Source: Eledone cirrhosa | Taxonomy: Eukaryota | DNA length: 64,000 nucleotides | Assembly: GCA_964016885.1 (NCBI GenBank) | Contig: OZ024740.1 | Span: 414,408,001-414,472,000, forward strand | Direction: 5' to 3' | Part shown: piece by piece, positions 50,298 to 64,000 of the stretch | Position numbering within the stretch: the stretch's first letter is position 1 | Layout: every line of letters begins with the position of its first letter | Program-made: the position numbers and the translations under genes | The notes under the pieces: model-generated | The model's input: the letters and a program-made list of their open reading frames with translations, nothing else | Told to the model about the DNA's origin: nothing | The model's database searches: none

Positions 50298-52877
50298 TTT
50301 AGTTTGCTAAATTTGGCATACCCTTTTGTTAAACAATTGACGTACCAGTTTTATCCTTGTGCTTACTGAGTCTAACTAACCATTATGTTAACTAAAACAA
50401 ACAATTTCTTTTCTCATCACTATCCTCAGCATTTATTCGGTTAGGAAGTATAAAGCTGTCATGGTGATTATGTTATTCTTAAACCTTTTTATACTAAATC
50501 GCCAGAAAACAACACAGGTTCTTTGATCAGTTTGATTTAAAGTGTTAATATCTATTTTGAGACTTTCCATCGGAATTTTATGTGAGAAATTTTGTTTGCT
50601 CCAAACTCCAGCTTAATAATGAGAATGTTAGGCTTACAAAATCCCTCGAAATTTTCAAAATTACTTGACAACTGTGGATAGTGTACTTCATAAGAAATGC
50701 AGTAATATAGAGGTTAAGCTACTTAAGAAATGTAAACTACTTTAACTAAGACTTGCACAATTCAAATTAGTGCTATCACATTTGTTATCATAATCAATAT
50801 TATTATCATCATAGATGTTGGCCTGGTTGTGTGGTGAAGAAAATTGCTTTGCAGCCATGTAGCTTCAGATTCATTCTCAACTGTGCAGCACCTAGGGCAA
50901 GTGTCTATTACCATGGCCTCAAGTTGACCAATACTTTGGGAGTGGAATTTGTTAGAAGGAAACTGTGCATAAGCCTGTCATGTGAGTGTGTGTGTTTCAA
51001 GAGAGAGAGACTCTGTGTTTGTGTGTATGAAAGAGAAAGAGAGAGTGTGTGTGTGTGTGTGTGCCCCTTTATTAAAAAACCGGAGTTATATTTTTGCTGT
51101 ATAACCTTTATATCTTGTAACTTAGTGGCTCAATAAATAAAAATGAACAAAGTATGTATCAGGCTAGAATGCGTTTCCCCGGCATGGTCATAACCCAATG
51201 ACTGAAACCAGTAAAAGAATAAATCAACAAAATTATCAACATCATCTGTCAATAACATGTAATTGCATTGGCCATCTTGCCAGACAGTCACCTATACATA
51301 TGTATAACACTGACACTAGACTACAAATATGTGACTGGTACTTAGGGTAAAGACCCCCTTCGGTCATGAATGACCATGTGATTTGCACCTAGAAAGTTCC
51401 CTTCTGAGGCACAAGTTCAGGCAAGGTGTTTGGGGAAGACCAGCAGTCTCCCCTCTCCACGCCACCTACGTTGTCCAATGGAAAGGCAACGGCCAATACA
51501 GCTTGGCACCTGTGATGTCACAACTTATTTTTACAGCTGAGTAAACTGTAGCAATGTGAAATAAAGTGTCTTGCTCAAGGAAACAACACATCACCTGGTA
51601 CAAGAATCAAACTCACAATTTCCTGGTACTTACAGTTGGATTAATCATTAAACAAAATAAACACGTGGTTCGGGTTTCAAGGGAAGATGAATGATATTTT
51701 ATTCTAATTTAACATAATTATTATTCCCCCAAAAGTGTTTCGGTAGACTTTATATATGGGGAGAGTGGATCCACCATAATGTTTTAAGCACTTGGAGCCT
51801 CCAAGAGACTTATTACTTGCTGATACTCATTGGATTGCCTCTTATTCAGGACATGACTGAATACCACAATGCTTTTTAACCAGCATGTTCCTAATTCTGT
51901 CTAACATTATTTGTTACGGGGGTCGATAAAATAAAGTACCAGTAATGCACTGCGTAATTGCTGGCCTTGTGCCAAAAGTAGAAACAATTATTTGTACAAT
52001 TTGTATAATTAAAAAAAAAATACAATGAGCTAGGGGAAATAATTCAAAGGTGATACACTGAATACTGTACTCAACGTTGATGATGTGTAATCGATTGAAA
52101 CATAGCCACAGTTGTTATATTTCCTACAAACATCATACTTTTTAATCTTGAAATTAACTCCCCTTATCTTTGAGAGATTCTAACAAGTATCTCTGGGGTG
52201 TATCTTCTTTCTCTGTTTATGAGGGAAATTCCTATTAATTAAGAACATCTCTTAACTTAACTAGCCACCTACATACCATTTATATTAATGATTTCTCACT
52301 CTGAGACAAACCTACCAATTAGTTTGGCAGTGAGACAATTGACTAAGTTGGTTGGTATTTCATTTAGCAAGCCAAGGTAGGGATGAAAAGTAAAGTCAAC
52401 CACAGCAAGATTTGTAATCAAAACATAAAAACATAGCTAAATACAAGGTTCTAATGAAATACATTAAAGCATTTTGTCCAGCTCTCTACTATTTCTGTCA
52501 TCCTTTACAATTACTCCAATGATGCCAGCTGATTAATCAACTGGGAGAGAGAGAGATATTTATTTACAAATTTCAATTAAATTATATATAATTACATTAT
52601 GTATGCAATAAAAAAAGAAGGGAGTGGCAGACTCTACATCTCAGTCTAGGTGGTATATCTTATGTGCACCCCATGGATATGATAATAAAAGTATTGCCGT
52701 AGATAACAGCCACCAACACCCACTACATTAGCCACTCCACTTCATAGAGCTCCTTCATCAGATGAGACACACCCTTCCTAATTTTACAGAGAAAAATGGC
52801 AGTTCAGGGATGAGGACACCAGAGATCGTGACATTGACTGGAATGGAAAGAAAGCAATCAGTCAAGTCCCAGTGTTG

Positions 52878-53070
52878 TGAGGCGCATGGCTTAGTGGTTA
52901 GAGCATTGGGCTTGCAATCGAAAGGTTGTGAGTTCAATTCTCGGACCGGGTGATATGTTGTTTCCTTGAGCAAGACACTTTATTTCACATTGCTCCAGTT
53001 TACTCAGCTGTAGAAATGAGATGATAGGACTGGGGTCCCTATCATTAAATTACCCAAGACACCTCCAACG
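52878..53070 (+). mobile_element. SINE B (older or variant copies at 1-230, 4250-4370, 5240-5565, 12675-12990, 36433-36740, 51344-51620)
   Basis: gaggcgcatggcttagtggttagagc...gagttcaattc...ccttgagcaagacactttatttcac. Confidence 0.9.
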
Positions 53071-53381
53071 AGATATACCTTTGAGGAGGCCAGCTAGACC
53101 TGCATAGGTGTGAGCTGTAACATACATACACATACAGTGTTATAAGGAAAATAGTAATGTTTTCTTTTATTGCCATAAGGGTAGAGGATGAGGAACGTAA
53201 GAGGACATAAGAGAGACTTCATAAAAAAAGGAGGAAGAGGTAAAAAGTGTATAGAGTATACACATGTGTGCTAGTCCCTAGAAAGAAGGGGTACTATCTA
53301 GGACCAATCATAGAATCCTACAGACCCAAAAGTACCCTGACTATTAAAAGCTTCATTTAATTGCAATTCAATTGTCTACTG

Positions 53382-54991
53382 CAGGGATCAGCAACCTTTT
53401 GGGGTGTGTAGGTGGACCACATTCCTATGTAGTGTCTCATCAGTGGACCACATTGCTATGCTGTGTCTCAGCATTGGACCACATAGATATGCAGTGTCTC
53501 AGCATTGGACCACATAGCTATGCAGTGTCTCATCAGTGGACCACATTGCTATCTAGTGTCTCGTCAGTGGACCACATAGCTATGCAGTGTCTCATCAGTG
53601 GACCACATAGCTATGCAGTGTCTCGTCAGTGGACCACATAGCTATGCAGTGTCTCATCAGTGGACCACATTGCTATGCTGTGTCTCGTCAGTGGACCACA
53701 TAGCTATGCAGTGTCTCATCAGTGGACCACATTGCTATGCTGTGTCTCGTCAGTGGACCACATAGCTATGCAGTGTCTCATCAGTGGACCACATAGCTAT
53801 GCAGTGTCTCATCAGTGGACCACATAGCTATGCAGTGTCTCGTCAGTGGACCACATAGCTATGCAGTGTCTCGTCAGTGGACCACATAGCTATGCAGTGT
53901 CTCATCAGTGGACCACATAGCTATGCAGTGTCTCATCAGTGGACCACATTGCTATGTAGTGTCTCATCAGTGGACCACATAGCTATGCAGTGTCTCATCA
54001 GTGGACCACATTGCTATCTAGTGTCTCGTCAGTGGACCACATAGCTATGCAGTGTCTCATCAGTGGACCACATAGCTATGCAGTGTCTCGTCAGTGGACC
54101 ACATAGCTATGCAGTGTCTCATCAGTGGGCCACATAGCTATGCAGTGTCTCATCAGTGGACCACATTGCTATGTAGTGTCTCGTCAGTGGACCACATTGC
54201 TATGCAGTGTCTCGTCAGTGGACCACATAGCTATGCAGTGTTGCAGCATTGGACCACATTGCTATCTAGTGTCTCGTCAGTGGACCACATAGCTATGCAG
54301 TGTCTCATCAGTGGACCACATAGCTTGGCAGTGTCTCATCAGTGGACCACATAGCTATGCAGTGTCTCATCAGTGGACCACATTGCTATGTAGTGTCTCA
54401 GCATTGGACCACATTGCTATCTAGTGTCTCGTTAGTGGGCCACATAGCTATGCAGTGTCTCATCAGTGGACCACATAGCTATGCAGTGTCTCATCAGTGG
54501 ACCACATAGCTATGCAGTGTCTCATCAGTGGACCACATAGCTATGCAGTGTCTCATCAGTGGACCACATAGCTATGCAGTGTCTCATTGGTGGGCCATAA
54601 TATCAAAATAAAATAAATTTGCCCGACCTCAGGCTGCTCTGTCCAGAAGGCTACCTTCATCCCAGGATTTAAAGAAGAACAATGAATTTTATGTAATATT
54701 ACTTTAATGACATTCCTTACACATACTATGTATGAACATATATACACACATACACACAGTCCCCTTGACCTTGATGTCTGATTATTCTATCTGTCTGAGT
54801 TTAATAGTTTGTTACATTCAGCTAAGTGAGTCTTGTGGCTAGACATATTCTCTAGTCGGTATTCTAATCCAATATAATTCAGAGCACTTTTTCAGGGATC
54901 ACTTAGCCTAAGATTGAAACCTGTTGGTAGGCCAGACAAAAATCCTTCACATGCCAGATGTGGCCCACAGGCCAGGGGTTGGCGACCCCTG
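53382..54991. mobile_element. Non-autonomous hAT (Charlie-like) element containing a minisatellite
   Basis: TIRs cagggatcagcaacc and ggttggcgacccctg. The 8-bp flanks gtctactg and gactacag match at 6 of 8 positions. Confidence 0.75.
53410..54598. repeat. 31-bp minisatellite, ~38 copies
   Basis: cagtggaccacatagctatgcagtgtctcat repeated. Confidence 0.97.
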
Positions 54992-55012
54992 GACTACAGG
55001 TTTGTAGTTGAT

Positions 55013-55241
55013 TTAACCCTTTAGCATTTAAACCTGCCATATCCGGCCAGAATTATTTCACCTCTTTCTGTTCAAACTGGCTGTAATTGGCCACTCATAC
55101 TGATGTTAACGTATTGTTCTCAAAATAAATAACATCAAAATCTTATAAATTCGATATTATGTGAGATAATTATGTAAGATAAAGTCTTTACTGTAAAAAT
55201 ACAATAGTATATATAGAGCAATGTGATTGCTAAAGGGTTAA
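55013..55241. mobile_element. piggyBac-type MITE (TTAA TSD)
   Basis: ttaa-ccctttagca...tgctaaaggg-ttaa, with internal sequence matching 33024-33244. Confidence 0.85.
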
Positions 55242-55409
55242 TCAATCTTGGTATTTGACTGGTATTTTATTGAATCTGGAAGGATGAAAGTTAAAGCTGA
55301 CCCTGGAAGGATTTGAACTCAAAATACAGAGAGATGTAACTAAATACTGCAATATATGTTTTCCAATACTCATTCAATTTACTGCTTTCAACATAATTAT
55401 CAAAAGAAT

Positions 55410-55940
55410 AATAACAATTTCTTTGTAATAACATCAGCACTATCATCATTAAAATCATTGTTATCACTACAATTTCTGTCTGTTATTGTTGTCATTGTTG
55501 TTGTCATCACACTCATCATCATCATTGTCATCAACTTTGTTGTTAACATAGTTATCACTGATGTTACCAACACAACCATCAGTTTTATCATAATTACCAA
55601 AGTCATGATCATCATCACCATCACCATCATCCTCACTGCCATCATCACCATCATCATCCCATCATCATCATTACCACCACCGTCATAATCATCCTCACCA
55701 TCACTGTCATCATCATCATCATCATCACCGCCACCACCGTCACTATCATCATCACCATCACCGTCACCATCATCACCATCATCATCACCACCATAATCAC
55801 TGTCACCATCACCACCATCATCATCACCGTCACCACCATCACCACCATCATCATCACCATCACCGTCAGCATCATCATCATCATCACCACCCTCATAAAA
55901 ACCATCACCATCACCATCATCATCATTGACATAACTAATT
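55410..55940. repeat. CAT/CAC trinucleotide low-complexity tract
   Basis: Directly visible. Confidence 0.92.
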
Positions 55941-57230
55941 AACATCATTGTTATCAATAAAATCACTCACTGACAATGTATTTCATTAGTATCAATGTCA
56001 CCATCATCGTTGTCAATAAGATCACCAACTGAGAACATTTTTGTTATGATCTGTCGTCAATATCAAAAAATGAAAAACTTCACTAATATGACCTTCATCA
56101 TCACTAACAAAATAACTAATAAATACTATCAACATTAATGACACTATTACTATTACCAATATCATCATCATCAACTGTTTCCTAACCAAATGCCATATCA
56201 ACTGCATGTAATCTATAGAATATATAGAGTTGACTACAGCAGCTTTTCAGCTGCATCATTTTAATTCTCATGAATACATTACTACAAAGCAATCAACTAC
56301 ATTCAGCTATTAGCTCTCAAAGACACACACATGATGAATAGAGCAATGAAGCCACTTGAATATGATAAATCTGCATGCTGTCTTTATAAGTAAGCACTTG
56401 CATGAGATTAAAGACACACATACACTCATTCAAGGATGACATACCTAAGAAAGAGTGGTTTCAGTATTGATATAATTTATGCTTGAGTACCTGAAAAACT
56501 ATAATGAATGCGGTTTTTTTTCCTTTTCTTTAATATTGTTAAATACCAGCCACAGCCAGGCTTGTTTATTGGAAGAGCTATATGAAATAAATGTCATATA
56601 TTTGAGAGCCACCAAGCATGAATGAACTTCACACCTTATAGTCAAACTCACTGAACCAGACCTTGTCATTGTGACTTTATAACTCAACACTTAAAACACA
56701 ATTTAAGTGTTTAGTATGAGCAAAAATAATAGATAAATCATTTAAAAGCTAACTGAAAATAATTTTGTTGTGCGGAAAAAAAAACAATATTTGTCAGACT
56801 GAAAAGAGTAGTGGATTGGAAGAGTGACAAATTGAATGATTTGTAGTATTTAATGGTACTCTTTTATGGTTTGGGTTAGAATCCCCACAATGGAAGTCAA
56901 CTCTGCTTTTCATCCTTCCTGAGTCAATAAAATAAGTTACAAACAGTCACTGGGGTCAACTTAATAGACTATTTCTCTGCTCAAAATTTGCAATCTAAGT
57001 CAATATTATTTTAATCCTTTCAGGAAATACAGGAGACAACTCCAAACATGTTTCAGTTTGTTATGAACTCATCAGTGAAGCAGTTAATGAAATGATTATA
57101 TATTAATTTCAGTGAGTTGCAGTGAAATTGTGCAGTAACCATGAAATCAATGAAAAGTGAATGTAACTATGTTTTTGTGTACTTTTTGTATGGATACACT
57201 GATTCTTCCATGATATTATTGCTTTTAAAA

Positions 57231-57410
57231 TAATTGTTTCTACTTTTGGCACAAGGCCAGCAATTATCGCAGTGTATTACTGGTACTTTATATTATCGAC
57301 CCCGTAAGGATGAAAGGCAAATTTAACCTCGGCGAGATTTGAACTCAGACTGTAAAGGGACGTAACTATGCTGAAAAGCATAGTGTCCGACCCTCTACCG
57401 ATACTACCAA
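57231..57410 (-). mobile_element. SINE A (further partial copies at 15407-15452, 51915-51990, 59740-59838)
   Basis: Reverse complement of the SINE A consensus. Confidence 0.88.
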
Positions 57411-58853
57411 TAATCATATATAAATACTGGACAATCCACACGTTGTAAGTTTATAGGTAACAATGTTATATCTTTGTGTCATCCTAAAATATAATCATTT
57501 ATACAGGAAAAAGCAAGGATGAAATTCTTTACAGTAATAAGTTTTAATTTTCATCTCTTTAATTTAATTTTATTTATATTTTTTTGTTCTTTTTAATAGT
57601 TAAACCATGTCACCATGAAAAACGAATGTATGGTGATGAATTTATACAAGGTTCAATTCCATGAAATATGACTCCCCACCAACAACACCAACACCACAAA
57701 CCTAACCCTTAGTCTTTTAAAAATTAGCTTTAACTACATCTAAGAAAGTAACATATTTCTACAAAACAGCATGATGAAAGGGAGAGTACCCTTGAAAATG
57801 ATATACACACCAGTAATTGATTTTTAGAAAGTAGAATAACCTTTTTGGTGCTAATATTTCAGAATATATTTCTGCTATTTATTAAGTTAGTTTACAAGAG
57901 AGAATAAAGTGTTTTTTAAGAAGATTTAACTAATATTTATAGTAAGTTTGTAGAGACTTCTCTATTGGCTTGAGGTAACCAGGGTTAGAAGAATGAAAAT
58001 CTAATTAAATAGTCTGACTCAAATGTCTTTTATAAATGTCCGAAGTACACTACACTCCACTCAGCACCATTTTACATCTGCTTTCCATGCTGGCATGTGT
58101 TGGATATCTGCTATGGCTCAAGTCAGTTCTTATTTAGAGATGCTGCCCTCCGCAACAGGTTGGTGTGATCACATCTCACTCTGACATTCCACTTTGGTAT
58201 GATTTCTACAGCTGGATGCCCTGCCTAACAGAAATCACATTACAGAGTATACTGGGTGAACTTTATCATGGCACCAGCACTAGAGAGGCTGTCATGTCTT
58301 TGGCAAAACTAAAGAGTCCTCTATAATCTATGTTGTATCCATTTCATTACCAATCACAGATATATTGGGTGAATTTATCATAACCTGGTCCACCAATTGT
58401 TGTATATGAAACATACCTGTATTACCAGGTTAACTATGAAAGATAATTTAATTATTTCAGTGACTATCCCTGATGGACCAACTGCTTTCTCTGCACCAAT
58501 GACTTAAAATACAGTTGCTACCATACTACTGTCAACTTGAGTGGTAGATCCCTCTCGTAGGTCTACTTGGCATAGATCTTTTATTTCTCATACATTCTCC
58601 TCATTTACCAACCTCTCATAAAAGCACTTTAATGCTTTTCTGTTTAGCATCAGTAAGGGAAAGTGTGCTACAAACATTTCACACACTTCTCACCAATGTT
58701 GTCATGGTTTTCTCCATTACACTGTCTTGCATTGGAAAAAAATAACTATGCCTCTGATCTTCACATCACAGAACATTGGACAAACCTTTTCCTTTCTGCT
58801 TCGTCCCTTACTAATTATACCCGTCATCTAGTTACTAGTTGCTGCCCCAACCC

Positions 58854-58947
<94 letters not shown>

Positions 58948-60174
58948 TATACAGAGAAAGAGAGAGTCTCCAGTGCTGAGATTGAGGAGACTACTAATCA
59001 GGTGAGTACTCGATATCTGGGGAGATGTAGAGTAGGTATAGAGATGTGTAAAATCCTGTTTTGGCTTGTATGTTTAGCAAGTCTTTTCACATGAGTGTGT
59101 GTATATGTGTGTCAGAACAAATGAAATTTATCATAGACACCCCATCCTTACATCAACAAGCACTCTTTAACATCCAAGACAGATCTGAAGTAATGTAATA
59201 CATTATGACATTTCTCTCAAGAGGTAAATTACTGAGTAAAGTATTTCTGACAACAGTAGACACATATCTCTTCTCTGTTGCTTTCTCATTCCAAAACATC
59301 ATATACCCCATATCTTTGATACTGCTATATTCTGGTAGTCTTGTCTCCCAAATAGCAGCTATGTCAATGTTTTACATTTCCAGCTCAAGTTCTATGAGTG
59401 TAGAGCCCTCCTATGGTTATTTTATCTTTCTAGTGATATTCTAACTTTTCACTGCACTAGATAAAAGCTTCCTTACATCCCAGTCATTTTTTAAACTGCA
59501 TAGATTGTGGAGTGAGGAACAACAAACACAACTGTTGATAACCGAAGCAGCGCTCTCACATACTTTTCACTTGTTTACAATATTTTATAGGACTCCTTAC
59601 AAGGGATTTAAGTGCTCATAGATTTGTGCAATTATAAGTAACACTCTTTCAGTGAGTTGTACTATACACAGTAAGAAAAGGACCAACCAAAACATATTGA
59701 TTCTTATAGTCACTGTTGAAGTAAGTGAATCCATATTATAATTGTTTCTACTTTTGGCACAAGGCCAGCAATTATCCCAGTGTATTAGTGGTACTTTATT
59801 TTATTGACCCCGTAAGGATGAAAGGCAAAGTTAACCTCCATATTATAATACATCTCTAACTAAGATGTGCCACAAAGCAGTTAATATTGCATGTTTTATT
59901 TTGTATCTTGCAGGCTATCCAAGTAAGATTAGTTGTATGGTCAATGGATCAACCATGCACAAGCTGTATGAGTTAACCTGGTTTCCAAAAGCAGATCATT
60001 TTAATGACACTAAGGTAAAAGAAAAATCTTAGCTCTTGGCATAGGGATTGTTTCTACTGTATGAATAGAGATAGAAGAGAGGAGATAGGTGGATGATGTG
60101 ACTGACACATTCTCCATTGCATTGAGGAACATATGTTCTTTGGGGAAGTTACAAAAGCAGATGTAATGGAGATG

Positions 60175-61752
60175 AAGTTGTGAGGCCATGTATTAGAGAG
60201 GTTGTGAGGCCATGTATTAGAGAGGTTGTGAAGTCATGTATTAGAGAGGTTGTGAGGTCATGTATTAGAAAGGTTGTGAGGCCATGTATTAGAGAGGTTG
60301 TGAGGCCATGTATTAGAGAGGTTGTGAGGCCATGTATTAGAGAGGTTGTGAGGCCATGTATTAGAGAGGTTGTGAGGCCATGCATTAGAGAGGTTGTGAA
60401 GTCATGTATTAGAGAGGTTATGAGGCCATGTATTAGAGAGGTTGTGAGGCCGTGTATTAGAGAGGTTGTGAGGTCATGTATTAGAGAGGTTGTGAGGTCA
60501 TGTATTAGAGAAGTTGTGAGGCCATGCATTAGAGAGGTTGTGAGGTCATGTATTAGAGAGGTTGTGAGGCCATGTATTAGAGAGGTTGTGAGGTCATGTA
60601 TTAGAGAGGTTGTGAGGCCGTGTATTAGAGAGGTTGTGAGGTCATGTATTAGAGAGGTTGTGAGGTCATGTATTAGAGAAGTTGTGAGGCCATGCATTAG
60701 AGAGGTTGTGAGGTCATGTATTAGAGAGGTTGTGAGGCCATGTATTAGAGAGGTTGTGAGGTCATGTATTAGAGAGGTTATGAGGTCATGTATTAGAGAA
60801 GTTGTGAGGCCATGCATTAGAGAGGTTGTGAGGTCATGTATTAGAGAGGTTGTGAGGCCATGTATTAGAGAGGTTGTGAGGTCATGTATTAGAGAGGTTG
60901 TGAGGCCATGTATTAGAGAGGTTGTGAGGCCATGTATTAGAGAGGTTGTGAGGCCATGCATTAGAGAGGTTGTGAAGTCATGTTTTAGAGAGGTTGTGAG
61001 GCCATGTATTAGAGAGGTTGTGAGGCCATGTATTAGAGAGGTTGTGAGGTCATGTATTAGAGAAGTTGTGAGGCCATGCATTAGAGAGGTTGTGAGGTCA
61101 TGTATTAGAGAGGTTGTGAGGCCATGTATTAGAGAGGTTGTGAGGTCATGTATTAGAGAGGTTATGAGGTCATGTATTAGAGAAGTTGTGAGGCCATGCA
61201 TTAGAGAGGTTGTGAGGTCATGTATTAGAGAGGTTGTGAAGTCATGTATTAGAGAGGTTGTGAGGTCATGTATTAGAAAGGTTGTGAGGCCATGTATTAG
61301 AGAGGTTGTGAGGCCATGTATTAGAGAGGTTGTGAGGCCATGTATTAGAGAGGTTGTGAGGCCATGAATTAGAGAAGTTGTGAAGTCATGTTTTAGAGAG
61401 GTTGTGAGGCCATGTATTAGAGAGGTTGTGAGGCTGTGTATTAGAGAGGTTGTGAGGTCATGTATTAGAGAGGTTGTGAGGTCATGTATTAGAGAAGTTG
61501 TGAGGCCATGCATTAGAGAGGTTGTGAGGTCATGTATTAGAGAGGTTGTGAGGCCATGTATTAGAGAGGTTGTGAGGTCATGTATTAGAGAGGTTATGAG
61601 GTCATGTATTAGAGAGGTTGTGAAGTCATGTATTAGAGAGGTTGTGAGGTCATGTATTAGAGAAGTTGTGAGGCCATGCATTAGAGAGGTTGTGAGGTCA
61701 TGTATTAGAGAGGTTGTGAGGCCATGTATTAGAGAGGTTGTGAGGTCATGTG
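60175..61752. repeat. 24-bp minisatellite, ~65 copies
   Basis: gaggttgtgaggtcatgtattaga repeated. Confidence 0.98.
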
Positions 61753-62495
61753 TGGTGGAGGAAGAAGTTGCAAGGTCACATTTGTGGATGGAGAAACTGT
61801 GAGGTCATATGAGGTGGACGGGGAAATCACAAGGTTGTGTGTTGCAATGGGAACGTAGCATGGTCATGTGTAGTAAAAGGGGTGGGGTAGAGGTTAAACC
61901 AATCCCCGGCTAGTTGGGAGAAGACAAGAATGAAAGAAAACAAAAACAGAAGAAATAAAGATATATAAAGTATTCTAAAACTTCCTGTTTTAAAATCCTA
62001 TATTTCCCAGTCTCTTCCTTTTCTATTTTATTTTACACCTGTCCTTCACCAAAGCAACATACAATTTTAATTACAATTCTGAAATGTAAACACGGGTACT
62101 TATATAGTATAGCAAACCCATAAGACTAAAAATACTTTTTTAAATACCAGAACATAAACATGCAAAATATATAGTGCACTTGAAACACACTTAAGATTGG
62201 TAAACAAAGCAGTAACTGCATAACATGTTTCATACTACTAATCATCATCATCATTATCCATGGTAAGTGTGACATTTGTCAACATTGATGGATTATGATG
62301 TGCAAAGCTGGTGTGCCAATTAGCATATAACATCTATAAATATTTAGAGTAGAATAGAAGTTACTGATTTATCTATAAATAAATTCTGAGCCAGGAATAT
62401 GATGTGACTTTTAACATTTATTTACTCAATAAATTATTCAGTTGTATTACAAATGAACTCAAGTTAAAGTGGAAGGTTTTTCTGAAATGTCTTAC

Positions 62496-62613
62496 CAAAT
62501 GCCTGCTGAGAACCATCCGTTTTCTTTAAGACAAGAGCTACTGATGGACAGAGGCCAAGTTCCAATAGAGTTTTTGTAGCATCTTCTTTCGTGAAATCTC
62601 GACGAGGAAATGG
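62496..62613 (-). CDS. Exon A of UBX/SHP/VIM/BC-box gene: C-terminal part of a UBX domain
   Basis: Acceptor ttctttattatag and donor gtaag. The 118 nt (phase 0 to 1) translate to PFPRRDFTKEDATKTLLELGLCPSVALVLKKTDGSQQAF, containing the UBX FPR loop and the TL.ELGL.PS..L.L signature. Confidence 0.9.
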
Positions 62614-62675
62614 CTATAATAAAGAAAAGACAATTCCATATGACTATCAAAGGTATCATTAAAAATGTTACTATC

Positions 62676-63345
62676 ACATCATCACCACTGCCACCACCAC
62701 CATCATCACCACTGCCACCACCAACACCATCACCACTGCCACCACCACCATCATCATTACTGCCACCACCACCATCATCACCACTGCCACCACCGCCATC
62801 ACCACTGCCACCACCACCATCATCACCACTGCCACCACCACCATCATCACCACTGCCACCACCACCATCATCACCACTGCCACCACCGCCATCATCATCA
62901 TCACTGCCACCACCACCAACATCATCACCACTGCCACCACCGCCATCATCACCACTGCCACCACCATCATCACCACCACCACCACTGCCACCAACATCAT
63001 CATCACCACTGCCACCACCACCATCATCACCACTGCCACCACCACCATCATCACCACTGCCGCCACCACCACCACCACCACCACTGCCACCAACATCATC
63101 ATCACCACTGCCACCACCATCATCACCACTGCCACCACCGCCATCATCATCATCACTGCCACCACCACCATCATCACCACTGCCACCACCACCATTATCA
63201 TCATCACTGCCACCACCACCATCATCACCACTGCCACCACCATCATCACCAGTCACCACCACCATCATCACCAATGTCACCACTGCCAACACCGCCACCA
63301 TCACCACTGTCACGACCATCATCATCATCATCATCATTATTATTA
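62676..63345. repeat. CAC/CAT compound repeat just upstream of the exon A acceptor
   Basis: (catcatcaccactgccaccaccac)n-like array. Confidence 0.95.
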
Positions 63346-63359
63346 TTAAACTAAATTAA

Positions 63360-63545
63360 GGCGGTGGATTGGCAGTATCGGTAGAGAGTCGAACGTCATG
63401 CTTTCCAGCATAGTTACGTCCCTTAACGATCTGAGTTCAAATCCCGCCGAAGTAAACTTTGCCTTTCATCCTTACGGGATCGATAAAATAAAGTACCAGT
63501 AATGCACTGGGTAATAGCTGGCCTTGTGCCAAAAGTAGAAAATTA
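63360..63545 (+). mobile_element. SINE A
   Basis: Full-length copy ggcggtggattggcagtatcgg...gccaaaagtagaaaatt. Confidence 0.9.
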
Positions 63546-64000
63546 TTATTAAGCTAAATGTATTTAGATCAAATCCTACCACAATCCAGTCTGCTTTTTA
63601 TCCTTCTTGAGTGAATAAAAAATGCACCAGTTATATATTAGGATCAATTCAATTAACTGTGGTCCTACTTTATAAATGTCTGGCCTTCTGTCTATGTCAG
63701 AAAGAAATCATTACTTCTTTATAAGAATTAGGGTGTTAGAATGGCAGATTTGGTAATGAGGTGGAAAATGCTTCGCAATATTTAGTTACATCCTTTTACA
63801 CTTTGAGTTCAAATTTCACCAAGGATTTATCTTTCTGTCTTCTGAAACTAAGGTCAATTAAGTTGACTACATCACTTCACAGAAAATATGGCCTTATTCC
63901 AAAGTCGGAAGTCCTTTTCATAAAAATCAACAGAAACAAATAATTCCCATGCCAATACTCAGCACTTGTTTGACTTAACCTGGCAACAGGCTTAATACTA

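Noticed and set aside
52878-52950. tRNA gene-like A/B boxes
   Set aside because: It is a multi-copy SINE head continuing into a SINE body, with no complete cloverleaf or acceptor stem.
46240-54598. CRISPR-like appearance of the 40-bp and 31-bp arrays
   Set aside because: Units are head-to-tail with no unique spacers, there are no cas genes, and the context is eukaryotic.
56445-56490. 46-nt minus-strand segment bounded by ttttcag and gtatg
   Set aside because: It has stops in all three frames, so it is not a coding exon. A poison exon cannot be excluded without RNA data.
60149-61802. 510-aa LIHDLTTS and CIREVVRS repeat ORFs
   Set aside because: Translation of a 24-bp minisatellite, with no unique coding flanks.
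62492-63337. 281-aa Gly/Asp-rich ORF overlapping exon A
   Set aside because: It is triplet-repeat read-through and crosses the exon in a different frame from the UBX sequence.

Overview
This is AT-rich, repeat-dense eukaryotic DNA. The RTE LINEs with (GAT)n tails, tRNA-derived SINEs and long (TA)n tracts suggest an octopus/cephalopod genome (inference). Most of the window lies inside one minus-strand gene, of which five in-frame exons can be reconstructed (62496-62613, 41937-42137, 14960-15046, 7392-7505, 2956-3283). The spliced product carries a UBX C-terminus, two SHP boxes, a VIM split by an intron, a His/Gln tract and a ZYG11/ZER1-like BC-box/cullin box, making it a candidate multivalent p97 adaptor fused to a CRL substrate-receptor module. 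The introns hold truncated RTE LINEs whose reverse transcriptase contains an inserted PHD finger, plus SINEs, piggyBac- and hAT-type MITEs, a mariner relic and large minisatellites. They also hold a dense set of minimal hammerhead-ribozyme motifs from several sequence families beside (TA)n tracts, including ORF-less fold-back elements with a hammerhead on each strand. All long ORFs in the supplied track over 17.6-24, 34.7-36, 42.6-45.6 and 60-63.3 kb are best explained as repeat artefacts. Everything was read by eye and repeat boundaries are approximate.
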